Positions 1-9,678 are shown, counted from the stretch's first letter. The stretch is DNA of 64,000 nucleotides from Cenarchaeum sp. (GCA_963693095.2 OY843768.1:1632001-1696000); one strand, 5' to 3'. The notes: a model not told the origin generated them from the sequence alone. Made by a program: numbers and translations.

Positions 1-155
1 GCACCTAGCGGCCAGTCAGGGCATGACTGGCTGCCGCGGGGGTGGACAGTTCGTCGAATGGTCTAAGGGACCCTGGCAGCACGCCCCCATGCTAGACGCA
101 CGTGCTGCCTCACGGCAATAACCATTTTAAGGGCAATGATCGCGCGGTGGCCGCA

Positions 156-923
156 ATGAAACCCGGCACAAACGTTCTGCTCACGTTCGGCGACAGCTCC
201 GGCAACGCGTCGCGCTCCGAAAAGGCCATAGCTGACGGCCTCTACTATATCGTAGTCACGATCACGATGAACGTAACGGAGGCGCACAGGGTTGAGGAGA
301 TCATGGAAAAACTCAAGAAAAAATACTTTGACGGGCGCAGGCTAGAACGCGCAGAGTTTCATGCCCGTGTTTTGCGACAGCGCCTGTTATGGCAAACAAA
401 AGACATGGAAAAGACTAAAGAAAGCCTTGAGGCTATTTTTGATGACATTGTTGAAATTGTGCTGGACATAGATGCCGTCATCAACGTAGTCATAATGGAA
501 AAACGTCCCATAGATGAAATGTCACGATCAGAGGACACAACGATCAAATCTTGGGACTATGCCGCCCATATGCTCCAACGAGTTCTCTTGAGATCGCCCC
601 CCAACACAACAAACCTGACTCTGCTTGACACATATGATGATGCAACCAACAGGGATGTGAACAAGATCGTGATGCAGTATCTACAACCATTCGTCAATGT
701 TGGCGGTTTTGCGGGCAGAACTGCCATGAGGCCAGTGTTTGTAAACTCTAGACTATCCAATCTGATCCAACTAGTCGACATGGTTGCATATATCATTACC
801 AAGGCCAGCCGACGTGACGCGGAAGAGTCGTTTGCCCGCCGGTATGCCCTGCTAGAGCCCAAGATCTCTGGCATTTTTCGCGGAACCGTGAGCTATACTG
901 ACGAGCAAAAGTTCGTGCCATGA
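156..923 (+). CDS. DUF3800-family protein (RNase H-like), subfamily 1, copy 1; stop codon hit by IS630
   Basis: N-terminal TFGDSSG and C-terminal SNLIQLVDMVAY (QxxD) motifs. TTTTAA at 125-130 favours a leaderless ATG at 156. The last 9 aa (YTDEQKFVP) come from the IS630 end. Confidence 0.8.
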   Translation: MKPGTNVLLTFGDSSGNASRSEKAIADGLYYIVVTITMNVTEAHRVEEIMEKLKKKYFDGRRLERAEFHARVLRQRLLWQTKDMEKTKESLEAIFDDIVEIVLDIDAVINVVIMEKRPIDEMSRSEDTTIKSWDYAAHMLQRVLLRSPPNTTNLTLLDTYDDATNRDVNKIVMQYLQPFVNVGGFAGRTAMRPVFVNSRLSNLIQLVDMVAYIITKASRRDAEESFARRYALLEPKISGIFRGTVSYTDEQKFVP

Positions 924-1995
924 TCAAACTTTCCCGACCCGCATGCTATATGGATCGCCCCTCCCCACGCCCTGCATGGAAGGCCAAGAGCTGGAAGCGT
1001 TCCGCAGGGCACTCCGCGACGAGAGGGACGGCGACGTCAGGTACAGGTTTGCCGCGGTCAACATGCACGAGAACCTGGGGATGACGCGCGAGGAGGTCGC
1101 ACTTGCGCTCGTGCAGTGCCCCAGGTGGGTCGGCAAGTGGGTCGCGCGCTACCGGAGTGGCGGTGTCGAGGCCCTGCGGGACCGCCCCCGCCCCGGCAGG
1201 CCGCCGCTGGTCGCGCGGCAGAAGCTTGGCCGCCTGATTGGCCGAATGCCCGGGCGCGTCACGCCCGCAGAGGTCATGCTGGAGATCGAGCGGGCCACCG
1301 GCGTGAGGTTCCACATGTCGCACGTCAGGAAAATAATGCGCAGGGCCGGCCTCTCCGCCAAGCGGACGCGCCTGGTGCACGTGAACAGGGCCGACGGGCC
1401 GACTGTCGCCGGCTGGCGGCGCCGGGTGCGGCGCGAGATAAGGCGCCTCAGGCGCGCGGGATTCACCATCGTAGTGCAGGACGAGACCATCGCCGTGCAC
1501 GGCGCAGCCGACGGATCAAAGTACTGGTCGCGCGTGGGCGTCCCCGTCGTCGCCCCGTACACCGGGGGACACAGGAGGGTCGTGGTGTACGGCGCGATCT
1601 CCACTGACGGGAAGCAGATCTTCCGGGTGCACGACAGGTTCGATGCGGAGACGTTTGTCGCGTTCCTGCGCGACATGCACAGGAAGTTCGGCAGGGTCGC
1701 CGTGATCGTCGACAGGGCGCCGCAGCACAGGGCCGCGGCGGTGAAGGACTATCTTCGCGCCCACAGGGCGGTGAGGCTGATCGAGCTGCCCACCGGCTCG
1801 CCGTACCTCAACGCGATCGAGGAGGTGTGGCGGCAGGCAAAGCGGGCGCTGCTGGTCTCCGAGCACTACCCCACCATGGTGGATATGCGGACGGCGGTGT
1901 CACGGCACTTCAGGCACACGAGGTACCGGCTCGACGTGATGGCATACCTGGGCCGGACGTCGCTGGAATGCGGCACGGACTTTTGATCGGCAGTA
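896..1995 (+). mobile_element. IS630-family insertion sequence, complete (1100 bp)
   Basis: Imperfect terminal inverted repeats TACTGACGAGCAAAAGTTCGTGCC / GGCACGGACTTTTGATCGGCAGTA, with TA duplicated at 894-895 and 1996-1997. Confidence 0.95.
943..1986 (+). CDS. IS630-family transposase
   Basis: HTH region with RPGRPP, followed by DDE motifs QDET, IVDRAPQH and SPYLNAIEEVW. Confidence 0.95.
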   Translation: MLYGSPLPTPCMEGQELEAFRRALRDERDGDVRYRFAAVNMHENLGMTREEVALALVQCPRWVGKWVARYRSGGVEALRDRPRPGRPPLVARQKLGRLIGRMPGRVTPAEVMLEIERATGVRFHMSHVRKIMRRAGLSAKRTRLVHVNRADGPTVAGWRRRVRREIRRLRRAGFTIVVQDETIAVHGAADGSKYWSRVGVPVVAPYTGGHRRVVVYGAISTDGKQIFRVHDRFDAETFVAFLRDMHRKFGRVAVIVDRAPQHRAAAVKDYLRAHRAVRLIELPTGSPYLNAIEEVWRQAKRALLVSEHYPTMVDMRTAVSRHFRHTRYRLDVMAYLGRTSLECGTDF

Positions 1996-2006
1996 TAGCT
2001 GAGAAT

Positions 2007-2085
2007 GCGGTCCTGGCCACACGGCAAACTGCCGCTAGGCCAGGACCGACTCGACTGTGTGGCCCGAAAGCGGCACAGGTCTGCG
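2007..2085 (-). ncRNA. Candidate DUF3800-associated structured RNA, subfamily 1, copy A
   Basis: Two hairpins: CUGUG..GCU-UUCG-GGC..CACAG and CGGUCCUGGCC..GGCCAGGACCG. TTTAAATA box on the minus strand starts at 2113. Confidence 0.65.
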
Positions 2086-2211
2086 TCAGGGTGGCATGTG
2101 CTCTTTATTTAAACATTGCCTCATGTGGCAGGCGTGGCGCCGATGCTGCGGACGCCATTGTCCCAGAACCCAATACGCGATCGCCTGCTATGACAATAGG
2201 GAATGAGGGTT

Positions 2212-2290
2212 GCGGTCCTGGCCACACGGCAAACTGCCGCTAGGCCAGGACCGACTCGAGTGTGGGACCTAAAGGCGCCACACGTCTGCG
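2212..2290 (-). ncRNA. Candidate DUF3800-associated structured RNA, subfamily 1, copy B
   Basis: Tandem copy 205 nt from copy A. The 5' stem has changed compensatorily (GUGUG/CACAC versus CUGUG/CACAG). Confidence 0.6.
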
Positions 2291-2506
2291 TCAGGGTAGC
2301 GTGTGCTCTTTATTTAATCATTGACCCATACTGAATGGTGGTCACGTGTCCGCACCTAGCGGCCAGTCAGGGCATGACTGGCTGCCATGGGGGTGGACAG
2401 TTCGTCGAATGGTCTGAGGGGTTCTGACAACACGCCCCCATGCTAGGCGCACGTGCTGCCTCGCGGCAATAACCATTTTAAGGGGAATGATCGCGCAGCG
2501 GCCGCA

Positions 2507-3250
2507 ATGAAACCCGGTACAAACGTCCTGCTCACGTTCGGCGACAGCTCCGGCAACCCGTCGCGCTCTGAAAAGGCCATAGCTGACGGCCTCTACTATA
2601 TCGTAGTCACGATCACGATGAACGTAACGGAGGCGCACAGGGTTGAGGAGCTCATGGAAAAACTCAAGAAAAAGTACTTTGATGGGCGCAGGCTAGAGCG
2701 CGCAGAGTTTCATGCCCGTGTTTTGCGACGGAGCCTGTTATGGCAAACGAAAGGCATGGAAAAGGCAAAAGAAAGCTTTGAGGCTATTTTTGATGACATT
2801 GTTGAAATTGTGCTGGACATGGATGCCGTCATCAACGTAGTCATAATGGAAAAACGTCCCATAGACGAAATGTCACGATCAGAGGACACAACGATCAAAT
2901 CTTGGGACTATGCCGCCCATATGCTCCAACGGGCTCTCTTGAGATCGCCCCCCAACACAACAAACCTGACTCTGCTTGACACATATGATGATGCAACCAA
3001 CAGGAACGTGAACGAGGCCATTGTGCAGCGCCTGAAACCATTCATCAATGTTGGTGGTTTTGCGGGCAGAACTGCCATGAGGCCAGTGTTTGTAAACTCC
3101 AGACTCTCCAATCTGATCCAACTAGTCGACATGATTGCATATATCATGATCAAGGTCAGCAGACATGATGATGCAGAAGGGTCGTTTGCCCGCCGGTATG
3201 CCCTGCTAGAGCCCAAGATCTCTCGCATTCGTCGCGGAACCGTGCACTAG
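2507..3250 (+). CDS. DUF3800-family protein, subfamily 1, copy 2 (intact)
   Basis: Close tandem paralogue of 156..923, with DSSG and IQLVD motifs. Confidence 0.8.
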   Translation: MKPGTNVLLTFGDSSGNPSRSEKAIADGLYYIVVTITMNVTEAHRVEELMEKLKKKYFDGRRLERAEFHARVLRRSLLWQTKGMEKAKESFEAIFDDIVEIVLDMDAVINVVIMEKRPIDEMSRSEDTTIKSWDYAAHMLQRALLRSPPNTTNLTLLDTYDDATNRNVNEAIVQRLKPFINVGGFAGRTAMRPVFVNSRLSNLIQLVDMIAYIMIKVSRHDDAEGSFARRYALLEPKISRIRRGTVH

Positions 3251-3258
3251 TTGAAAAT

Positions 3259-3336
3259 GCGGTCCTGGCCACACGGCATACGCCGCTAGGCCAGGACCGA
3301 CTCGACTGTGTGGCTCGAAAGCGGCACAGGTCTGCG
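3259..3336 (-). ncRNA. Candidate DUF3800-associated structured RNA, subfamily 1, copy A'
   Basis: Same two-hairpin fold with GCU-UUCG-AGC. Ends 8 nt from the gene's stop codon; TATA box starts at 3364 on the minus strand. Confidence 0.65.
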
Positions 3337-3463
3337 TCAGGGTGGCATGTGCTCTTTATTTAAACATTGCCTCATGTGACAGGCGTGACGCCGATGCTGC
3401 GGACGCCATTGTCCCAGAACCCAATCCGTGACCGCCTGCCATGACAGCAGTGGGATGAGAGTT

Positions 3464-3540
3464 GCGGTTCTGACCATCCGACCAATGCCGCATAGCCAGC
3501 CCCGGCTCGACTGTAGAACTCGAAGGAACACTAGTCTGCG
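3464..3540 (-). ncRNA. Degenerate copy of the subfamily 1 RNA (B')
   Basis: Same 205 nt offset from copy A', with residual similarity (GCGGTTCTGACC...CTCGACTGT...GTCTGCG) but broken stems. Confidence 0.4.
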
Positions 3541-3749
3541 GAGGGTCATGGGCACCCCGCATTGAAGCACTGTCCAGTTTCACAGGCACAGGCTGGCAAC
3601 ACGGCCTCCCCCCTTGTCCAATTAGGCGCGATCCTGCCAGGTATGCTTGCCGCGGTGTCTGCCCAAACACGGGCACACGGCGGCGCTGGCCCCATATGCC
3701 GCCCCCCACACAAAAGCGTTTTAACGCAAGCGGCCTGCGCATGGCGCGC

Positions 3750-4526
3750 ATGGACCTATCGGGCAGGATTGCGGTGATCACGGGCGCATCAAGCGGCATA
3801 GGAAGGGCCGCGGCCGTCATGGCCGCAAGGCACGGCGCGAGCGTCGCCCTCGTTGCGCGCGACGAGTCGAGGCTGCGCGAGGCGACATCAGAGGTGGCCC
3901 GCCACGGGACGGCTGCCGCGTTCGCGTGCGACGTCGCCGACGAGCATGCAGTCAGCAAGATGGCAAGGCGCGTCTCCTCGGAGCTCGGGAACGCCGACAT
4001 CCTAGTCAACAATGCGGGGTTTGCCATATACGGCACGGTGAGCTCACTTGACGCGAAAGTCATCCGCGCGCACATGGAGACAAACTATTTTGGCGCGGTC
4101 CACTGCACAAAGGCGTTCATGCCGCACATGCTCGAGGTCAATCACGGCAAGATAGTCAATGTCGCCTCTGTGGCCGCAAGCATTGGCCTTCCCGGAATTG
4201 CCGCATACTGTGCATCAAAGTTTGCGATGCTCGGCTTTTCAGAGTCCCTGCGCGCCGAGCTCACAAAGACCGGCGTTGGCATCACCACAGTCAGCCCGAT
4301 CGCAGTCAGGACCCCGTTCTTTGACCATGCGTCCTTTGCCGGCGTGCGGCGCTACTCGCCAATGTCACTTGACGTGCAGACCGTGGCGCGTGCGATAATG
4401 CGCGCCATAGGGTCTCGGCGCGGCGAGATAACGGTTCCCGGCGCCGCACGCCTTGCGATATGGGCAAAGCACACGTTTCCGTGGGCATTCAACGCGCTAG
4501 TCTCATCAGCGTTTGGAAAGAACTAG
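3750..4526 (+). CDS. Short-chain dehydrogenase/reductase
   Basis: TGASSGIG, NNAG and YCASK motifs. Confidence 0.92.
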   Translation: MDLSGRIAVITGASSGIGRAAAVMAARHGASVALVARDESRLREATSEVARHGTAAAFACDVADEHAVSKMARRVSSELGNADILVNNAGFAIYGTVSSLDAKVIRAHMETNYFGAVHCTKAFMPHMLEVNHGKIVNVASVAASIGLPGIAAYCASKFAMLGFSESLRAELTKTGVGITTVSPIAVRTPFFDHASFAGVRRYSPMSLDVQTVARAIMRAIGSRRGEITVPGAARLAIWAKHTFPWAFNALVSSAFGKN

Positions 4527-4813
4527 GCGACCTGCTTGTCCTTTTTGCTCTTTTGCCACCAGTCGAGATAGTCGTACTGGCGGTCCTCGCGCGTCTTTGA
4601 GCGCCGGTTGAGCCTGTCCCTGATGTCGCTTATCTGCTCGCGCGTCGCATACAGGCCACAGCGCCTGCACGTAAAGTGCTTGGTCGCCGGATCGGCCTTC
4701 ATTGGAACCTCGACGGCATCGAGCATCGCAGTCAGGTCGACGCCCTCCTCGCCCTCGTGCTTGGCGACAAGGGCGTTTCTGTCCTTGGCAACGCACTCGG
4801 GGCAGTTTGGCAC
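4523..4813 (-). CDS. Small zinc-ribbon protein
   Basis: CPEC and CRRC pairs, C-terminal DYLDWW; GTG start is inferred. Confidence 0.7.
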   Translation of the reverse strand: MPNCPECVAKDRNALVAKHEGEEGVDLTAMLDAVEVPMKADPATKHFTCRRCGLYATREQISDIRDRLNRRSKTREDRQYDYLDWWQKSKKDKQVA

Positions 4814-4861
4814 GCGGAGCGCTCTTATTTTTTGGGTTAAAAGCGTTGCTAGGTCATCAGC

Positions 4862-4972
4862 GTATGAGGTCAGCACCTCCGTTCGTCCATGCCCAGGCAG
4901 GCACCGCAGTGGCAAGTAGATCGGCAGGATCGCGCCTATTTGACAAAATGGGCAGGGGTGCTGACCTCATAC
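4862..4972. mobile_element. IS66-type MITE, copy 1
   Basis: GTATGAGGTCAGCACC...GGTGCTGACCTCATAC terminal inverted repeats. Confidence 0.85.
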
Positions 4973-5012
4973 ACTACATTCCCGCTTAGATTTTAATAAC
5001 GCCCTAGCTGTA

Positions 5013-5279
5013 ATGACTCTGATGAACACAGCGAGGCAGGATGGGCTGCTATTCATTGAGCGAGGACTGAGGATCCATGACTCCCTGCCAGCGGCTCTGC
5101 TCATAACGTACATCGTGGGGCGGCTCACCAGGGAGGAGGCATGGGACGTATTTGCCGAGGCCGAGAGGATTGGCATGATCGAGCGCGACGAGGGGATCTT
5201 TGGGACGACCACGCGGGAGGGCCAGGAGTGGCGCCTCGTTGAGGGATTCGACGTGAAACAGCTAGAGATAGCCGCATAG
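5013..5279 (+). CDS. 85-88 aa winged-helix-like protein, family A copy 1 (inverted)
   Basis: AEAERIGMIER...QEWRLV signature; own TTTTAATA box; nearly identical to 10986..11252. Confidence 0.8.
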   Translation: MTLMNTARQDGLLFIERGLRIHDSLPAALLITYIVGRLTREEAWDVFAEAERIGMIERDEGIFGTTTREGQEWRLVEGFDVKQLEIAA

Positions 5280-5318
5280 GCAAAACTCCTATCTTTTGTT
5301 TTTGCTTGGCACATTCTA

Positions 5319-5540
5319 TACTGACGAGCAAAAGTTCGTGCCATGATCAAACTTTCCCGCCCCGCATGCCATATGGATCGCACCTCCCCCATGCCGCGCA
5401 TGGAAGGCCAGGGGCTGGAAGCGTTCCGCAGGGCATGCCGCGACGAGGGGGACGGCGACGTCAGGCAGGGGTTTGCCGCGCTCAACATGCACGAGAGCCT
5501 GGGGATGACGCGCGGGGAGGTCGCCCTTGCGCTCATCATG
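5319..5540 (+). mobile_element. IS630 left-end remnant
   Basis: TA, left inverted repeat and a degenerate transposase N-terminus. Confidence 0.85.
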
Positions 5541-5613
5541 CAGGCGTCCCAAAATTAGGGATGAGAGTGTGTAGAGTGTGCCAAGCAAAAACAGGAGAAG
5601 GCGGGAGTTTTAC

Positions 5614-5880
5614 CTATGCGGGTATCTCTAGCTTTTTTACGTCGAATCCCTTGACGAGGCGCCACTCTTGATTTAATGGAGTGAGCGGCTTGAAGACCGT
5701 CTCGTCACGCTCGATCATGCCAATCCTCTCGGCCTCGGCGATGACATCCCACGCCTCCTTTTCTGTGAGCTCCCCTACGAGGTGCGTTATGAGCTCAGCC
5801 GCTGGCAGGGAACCAAAGATCTCCAGCCCCCTCGCAACGACTTGCAGCTCAATGTGCATTGCTGAGTTCATCAGAGCCAT
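5614..5880 (-). CDS. Family A small protein, copy 2
   Basis: Family signature and upstream TTTTAATAA. Confidence 0.8.
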   Translation of the reverse strand: MALMNSAMHIELQVVARGLEIFGSLPAAELITHLVGELTEKEAWDVIAEAERIGMIERDETVFKPLTPLNQEWRLVKGFDVKKLEIPA

Positions 5881-5981
5881 TACGGTTGTGGCATTATTAA
5901 AATCTAGTGCGTTAATGTGGGCTGACCCATGTTCAAAGACAAGTGCACAATGAGCAAAAACAAGAGGGAGGTAGAGTCCAC

Positions 5982-6248
5982 CTATGCGGGTAGCTCTATC
6001 TGCTCCACGTCGAATCCCTCGACGAGGCGCCATTCCTGTCCCCCCGGCGTGGCCGCCTTGAAGACCATGTCGGCGCGCTCGATCATGCCGATCCTCTCGG
6101 CCTCGGCAATGACATCCAATACCTCCTTTTTGGTGAGCTTTCCCACAGTGTGCGATATGAGCTCAGCCGCCGGCAGGGGTCCATAGATACTCAGTCCCCT
6201 CGCGATGACTCGCAGCGCATCTTGCCTTTCTGGATCCATCAGAGCCAT
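5982..6248 (-). CDS. Family A small protein, copy 3
   Basis: Family signature; nearly identical to 9679..9945. Confidence 0.8.
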   Translation of the reverse strand: MALMDPERQDALRVIARGLSIYGPLPAAELISHTVGKLTKKEVLDVIAEAERIGMIERADMVFKAATPGGQEWRLVEGFDVEQIELPA

Positions 6249-6450
6249 CACGGTTGTGGCATTATTAAAATCTAGTGCGTGAATGTAGGCACGGTGCTCT
6301 GCGCGCCCTGCATTTTGGCATGTGGCAGGGCGCAAGAACACAGGCCACGGCGAGGGATTCATTGATGGCTCACACTGCGGCCGTGTGGGCAGGAGTTCCC
6401 AACAGGAATATTGGGTCGCCCTGCCCTGCAGTTCTCCGATGCGCGTGACT

Positions 6451-6780
6451 CTAGTATAGCTTAAAGCGCACCGGTCCGAGGGGCGCATATCTCTTGGTGA
6501 TCTCTCCTGTTTGTGAATTGGGGATTGGCGCCTTGGGATGAAAAGTGATCTCAAGTGTGCCTTCTTCAAGCGGCGTTCCGTTCTCCACCCGTATCTCGTC
6601 CTCTAAAACGAAAAAGCTCTTGGAGCTCCGCAGAGTTTCTGGCCGCGGGATTGCAAAAACAGATGTGTGTGAGAGGGGGAACAGGCGCTTTCTATACTGT
6701 TTGGTGACCTTTATGCGATATGACACGTCACGATGGTCTAGCCATGGGGATTGTGTAACCGATGTTGACACAAAAGCCAT
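6451..6780 (-). pseudogene. C-terminal fragment of a family B (ART-like) gene
   Basis: Begins at FVSTS, contains LEDEIR and the conserved C-terminus, lacks the N-terminal ~165 aa. Confidence 0.75.
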
Positions 6781-7012
6781 CTTGCATCCGCTCCTTTATG
6801 CGCAAGGTGGGGGAATCATGCGCCGTGTGCTGACGCCACGGCCGGCGGGGGCGGCTACAGGGAGCGAGCAGCCAAAGGCCCGGCCCAATGTCACCTTTTC
6901 CCACGGCATAACGGGTGCCCTGCACCTCTTGGAAAAAATATGGCCGGCACCGGGACACGGGGATAACGATGCCCAATAATTGCAGTGGGCAAAAACAATT
7001 GGGTGGGAAAGC

Positions 7013-7270
7013 CTATGCGAGCAGCTCTAGCCGTTCCACGTCGAATCCCTTGACAAAGCGCCACTCTTGCTCTATTGGAGTGGCCGGCTCGAAGACCATC
7101 TCGTCACGCTCGATCATGCCGATCCTCTCGGCCTCGGCAATTACCTCCCATACCTCCTCCTCGGAGAGCGGCCCCTTGAGCCGCGTCATGATCTCTGCAG
7201 CAGACGCAGAGCCATAGAACTGTAGGCCGCTGGCGATGACCCCTAGGCCGTCACGTTTTGCTGGGTTCAT
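7013..7270 (-). CDS. Family A small protein, copy 4
   Basis: Family signature. Confidence 0.8.
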   Translation of the reverse strand: MNPAKRDGLGVIASGLQFYGSASAAEIMTRLKGPLSEEEVWEVIAEAERIGMIERDEMVFEPATPIEQEWRFVKGFDVERLELLA

Positions 7271-7492
7271 TGGAAAGCAGTGTGCTGTTGCGCCTATTAA
7301 GCCTAATGCGCGCACGCAGGCGTGGACACGAACCCACACGGGCAGGGCGCAATGCAGGAGCGTGTAGGTGCAGAGGTCTCGGTAAACCCCACAGGGACCT
7401 CCGCGTTGTCTCCATGCGGCCATGGGTGCCCTAGATGCACGCCGTACAGATGTAGGCATGCCGTTAGGATTAGCTGCGTGCAGAGAGGTTGA

Positions 7493-8314
7493 TCAACAAC
7501 ATTCAATGTGCACGGGTCCGAGGGAGGAGTACGTTTCAATCAGATCTTTTGTGTGAGACTTGGAGGGCGGTGTCTTATAGTAAAAAGTGATCTCAAGTGT
7601 GTCCTTTTCAATCGGTGTCCCGTTTTCTAAACGAATTTCATCCTCCAGATAGCGCACGCTCTTGGGTCCCTGGATAACTTCTGGATGCGCGATTGCGAAA
7701 ACTGATGTATATGTGAGCGGAGACGCACGTTTTCTGTACTGGTCGGTGACTTTGATGCGATATGACACGGGACGGTATATGAACCAGGAGGACTGTGTGA
7801 TCGAGGTTGCCACAAAATTATGATAGATTGAGTGAAACTTGCCCAGAGCCAACATGCTCTTGAGTTCTCCATAACCCCCTATAAAGCGCGAGAGTACAGT
7901 TGCGTTTGGCCACGAGTACCAGAGCGAGGCGTTGTATGCCGCCGCAAGCTCCTCACAGTCACGGACTACTAGTCCCAGTTTATGTGTTTGATATAGGTCA
8001 TTTAGGCGACTGTTGCGCTCGTCAACTTCAGACGATGGAACCAATGGGCGGTGAACGTCGCTGATTTTTAAAACTGCTGATGGCCTGTTCTCACAGCGTG
8101 ATGTGGCATGGATAAATTTCTCCTGGGCGGCATCGCACAGCCGGAGAAACTCTGGAATGCGCCTATCTGGGTCAAGGCCATGCCGGAGAACCAGATCCAG
8201 GATCACGTCATGGCGCAGTGTGGCGCACGTGCAGGGAGACGCCCTGATCGCAGCGTCTATGTGGGGAGACAATGAGGCGATCAGGTTGCGATCACGCAAA
8301 TTCGGCGGGTTCAA
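7493..8314 (-). CDS. Family B protein, putative R-S-E clade ADP-ribosyltransferase fold, full copy 1
   Basis: VLSRF / FVATS / LEDEIR motifs; TTTTATAT box upstream of an inferred TTG start. Confidence 0.65.
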   Translation of the reverse strand: MNPPNLRDRNLIASLSPHIDAAIRASPCTCATLRHDVILDLVLRHGLDPDRRIPEFLRLCDAAQEKFIHATSRCENRPSAVLKISDVHRPLVPSSEVDERNSRLNDLYQTHKLGLVVRDCEELAAAYNASLWYSWPNATVLSRFIGGYGELKSMLALGKFHSIYHNFVATSITQSSWFIYRPVSYRIKVTDQYRKRASPLTYTSVFAIAHPEVIQGPKSVRYLEDEIRLENGTPIEKDTLEITFYYKTPPSKSHTKDLIETYSSLGPVHIECC

Positions 8315-8584
8315 TGGCAGTGCCAAAAATTGCCGATATAAAATACCTGTGGACTGATCGCAAAGGTTTCTCGTTTTCAGCCTTGATTATTGGCTGGATC
8401 ATGGCGATGCATCAGGGCCGGTACGGGCCATATTGCCTCGCACGGCACACATTCTAGGGATCCGTTCACGGACACGGCCTCATTTCAGCACTGAGCCATC
8501 GGCCAGGGGCGATCACGCAAGACTGCCCCGCACAGAGTCTGCCCAAAGCGCACCCCGGCAGGGCTGAGCTCACACGTCGCCCAA

Positions 8585-8692
8585 GTATGTCAGCACCCCT
8601 GGCCCATTTTGTCAAATAGGCGCGATCCTGTCTATCTACTTGTCACTGCGGCGCCTGCCTAGGCATGAACGGCAGGGGTGCTGACCTCATAC
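8585..8692. mobile_element. IS66-type MITE, copy 2
   Basis: Same termini and interior as copy 1, in reverse orientation. Confidence 0.85.
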
Positions 8693-8947
8693 GAATGTGG
8701 GCACGGCGTCCCGCGCGTCTCGCATTTTGGCATGTGACAGAACGCAGGCGGCGATCAGGGGCGTGCTCTAGTGCCCCCCTCTGGCTGTCTCTTGCCTCTC
8801 CCCCACTCCGTCGAGTTGGGCCCGGCGCGCCATGGCCGGATTGCCGTGATGCTATCGTTCCACCCCGATCTGTGTCCTGCGGGGTATTCTGCCCCCGCTC
8901 CCACTTTATGCGCAAGGTGGCAAAAACAAGAGGGGGGTAGAGTCCAC

Positions 8948-9205
8948 CTATGCGGGTAGCTCTAGCTTTTTTACGTCGAATCCCTCGACGAGGCGCCATT
9001 CCTGTCCCTCCGGCGTGGCCGCCTTGAAGACCATCTCGGCGCGCTCGATCATGCCGATCCTCTCGGCCTCGGCGATCACGTCCCACGCCTCCTTCTCGGT
9101 GAGCGCTCCCACGAGGTGCGTTATGAGCTCGGTCGCTGGCAGGGGTCCAAAGATCTTTAGCCCCTTCGCAACGACGAACAGCCCTTCTTGCCTTGCTGGG
9201 TTCAT
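8948..9205 (-). CDS. Family A small protein, copy 5
   Basis: Family signature. Confidence 0.8.
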   Translation of the reverse strand: MNPARQEGLFVVAKGLKIFGPLPATELITHLVGALTEKEAWDVIAEAERIGMIERAEMVFKAATPEGQEWRLVEGFDVKKLELPA

Positions 9206-9315
9206 CAGAGCCGTTACGGCTGTGGCTTTATTAAAGTCTAATGCGTTAATGTGGGCTGACCCATGTTCAAAGACAAGTGCACAATGAGCAAAAACAAGAG
9301 GGGGGTAGAGTCCAC

Positions 9316-9573
9316 CTATGCGGGTAGCTCTATCTGCCCCACGTCGAATCCCTCGACGAGGCGCCATTCCTGTCCCTTCGGCGTGGCCGCCCTGAAGATC
9401 ATGTCGGCGTGCTCGATCATGCCGATCCTCTCGGCCTCGGCAACGACATCCCATGCCTCCTCTTCGGTGAGCTTTCCCACAATGTGCGTCACGAGCTCAG
9501 TCGCCGGCAGGGGTCCATAGATACTCAGTCCCCTCGCGATTACTCGCAGTGCATCTTGCCTTGCTGGATCCAT
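9316..9573 (-). CDS. Family A small protein, copy 6
   Basis: Family signature. Confidence 0.8.
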   Translation of the reverse strand: MDPARQDALRVIARGLSIYGPLPATELVTHIVGKLTEEEAWDVVAEAERIGMIEHADMIFRAATPKGQEWRLVEGFDVGQIELPA

Positions 9574-9678
9574 CAGGGTTCTCACGGTTGTGGCATTATT
9601 AAAATCTAGTGCGTGAATGAGGGCATGACCCAGGTTCAAAGACAAGTGCACAATGAGCAAAAACAAAGGGGGGTGTAC

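Noticed and set aside
2007-3540. Repeated hairpin units read as a CRISPR array
   Set aside because: Units are ~78 nt, the intervening segments are homologous rather than unique spacers, and no cas genes are present.
5881-6569. Long N-terminal extensions on family A and B ORFs (also 28616..29701, 31090..31668, 32260..33243, 34983..35591)
   Set aside because: The extensions run through promoters, MITEs or neighbouring genes and are not conserved; TATA spacing supports the shorter starts.
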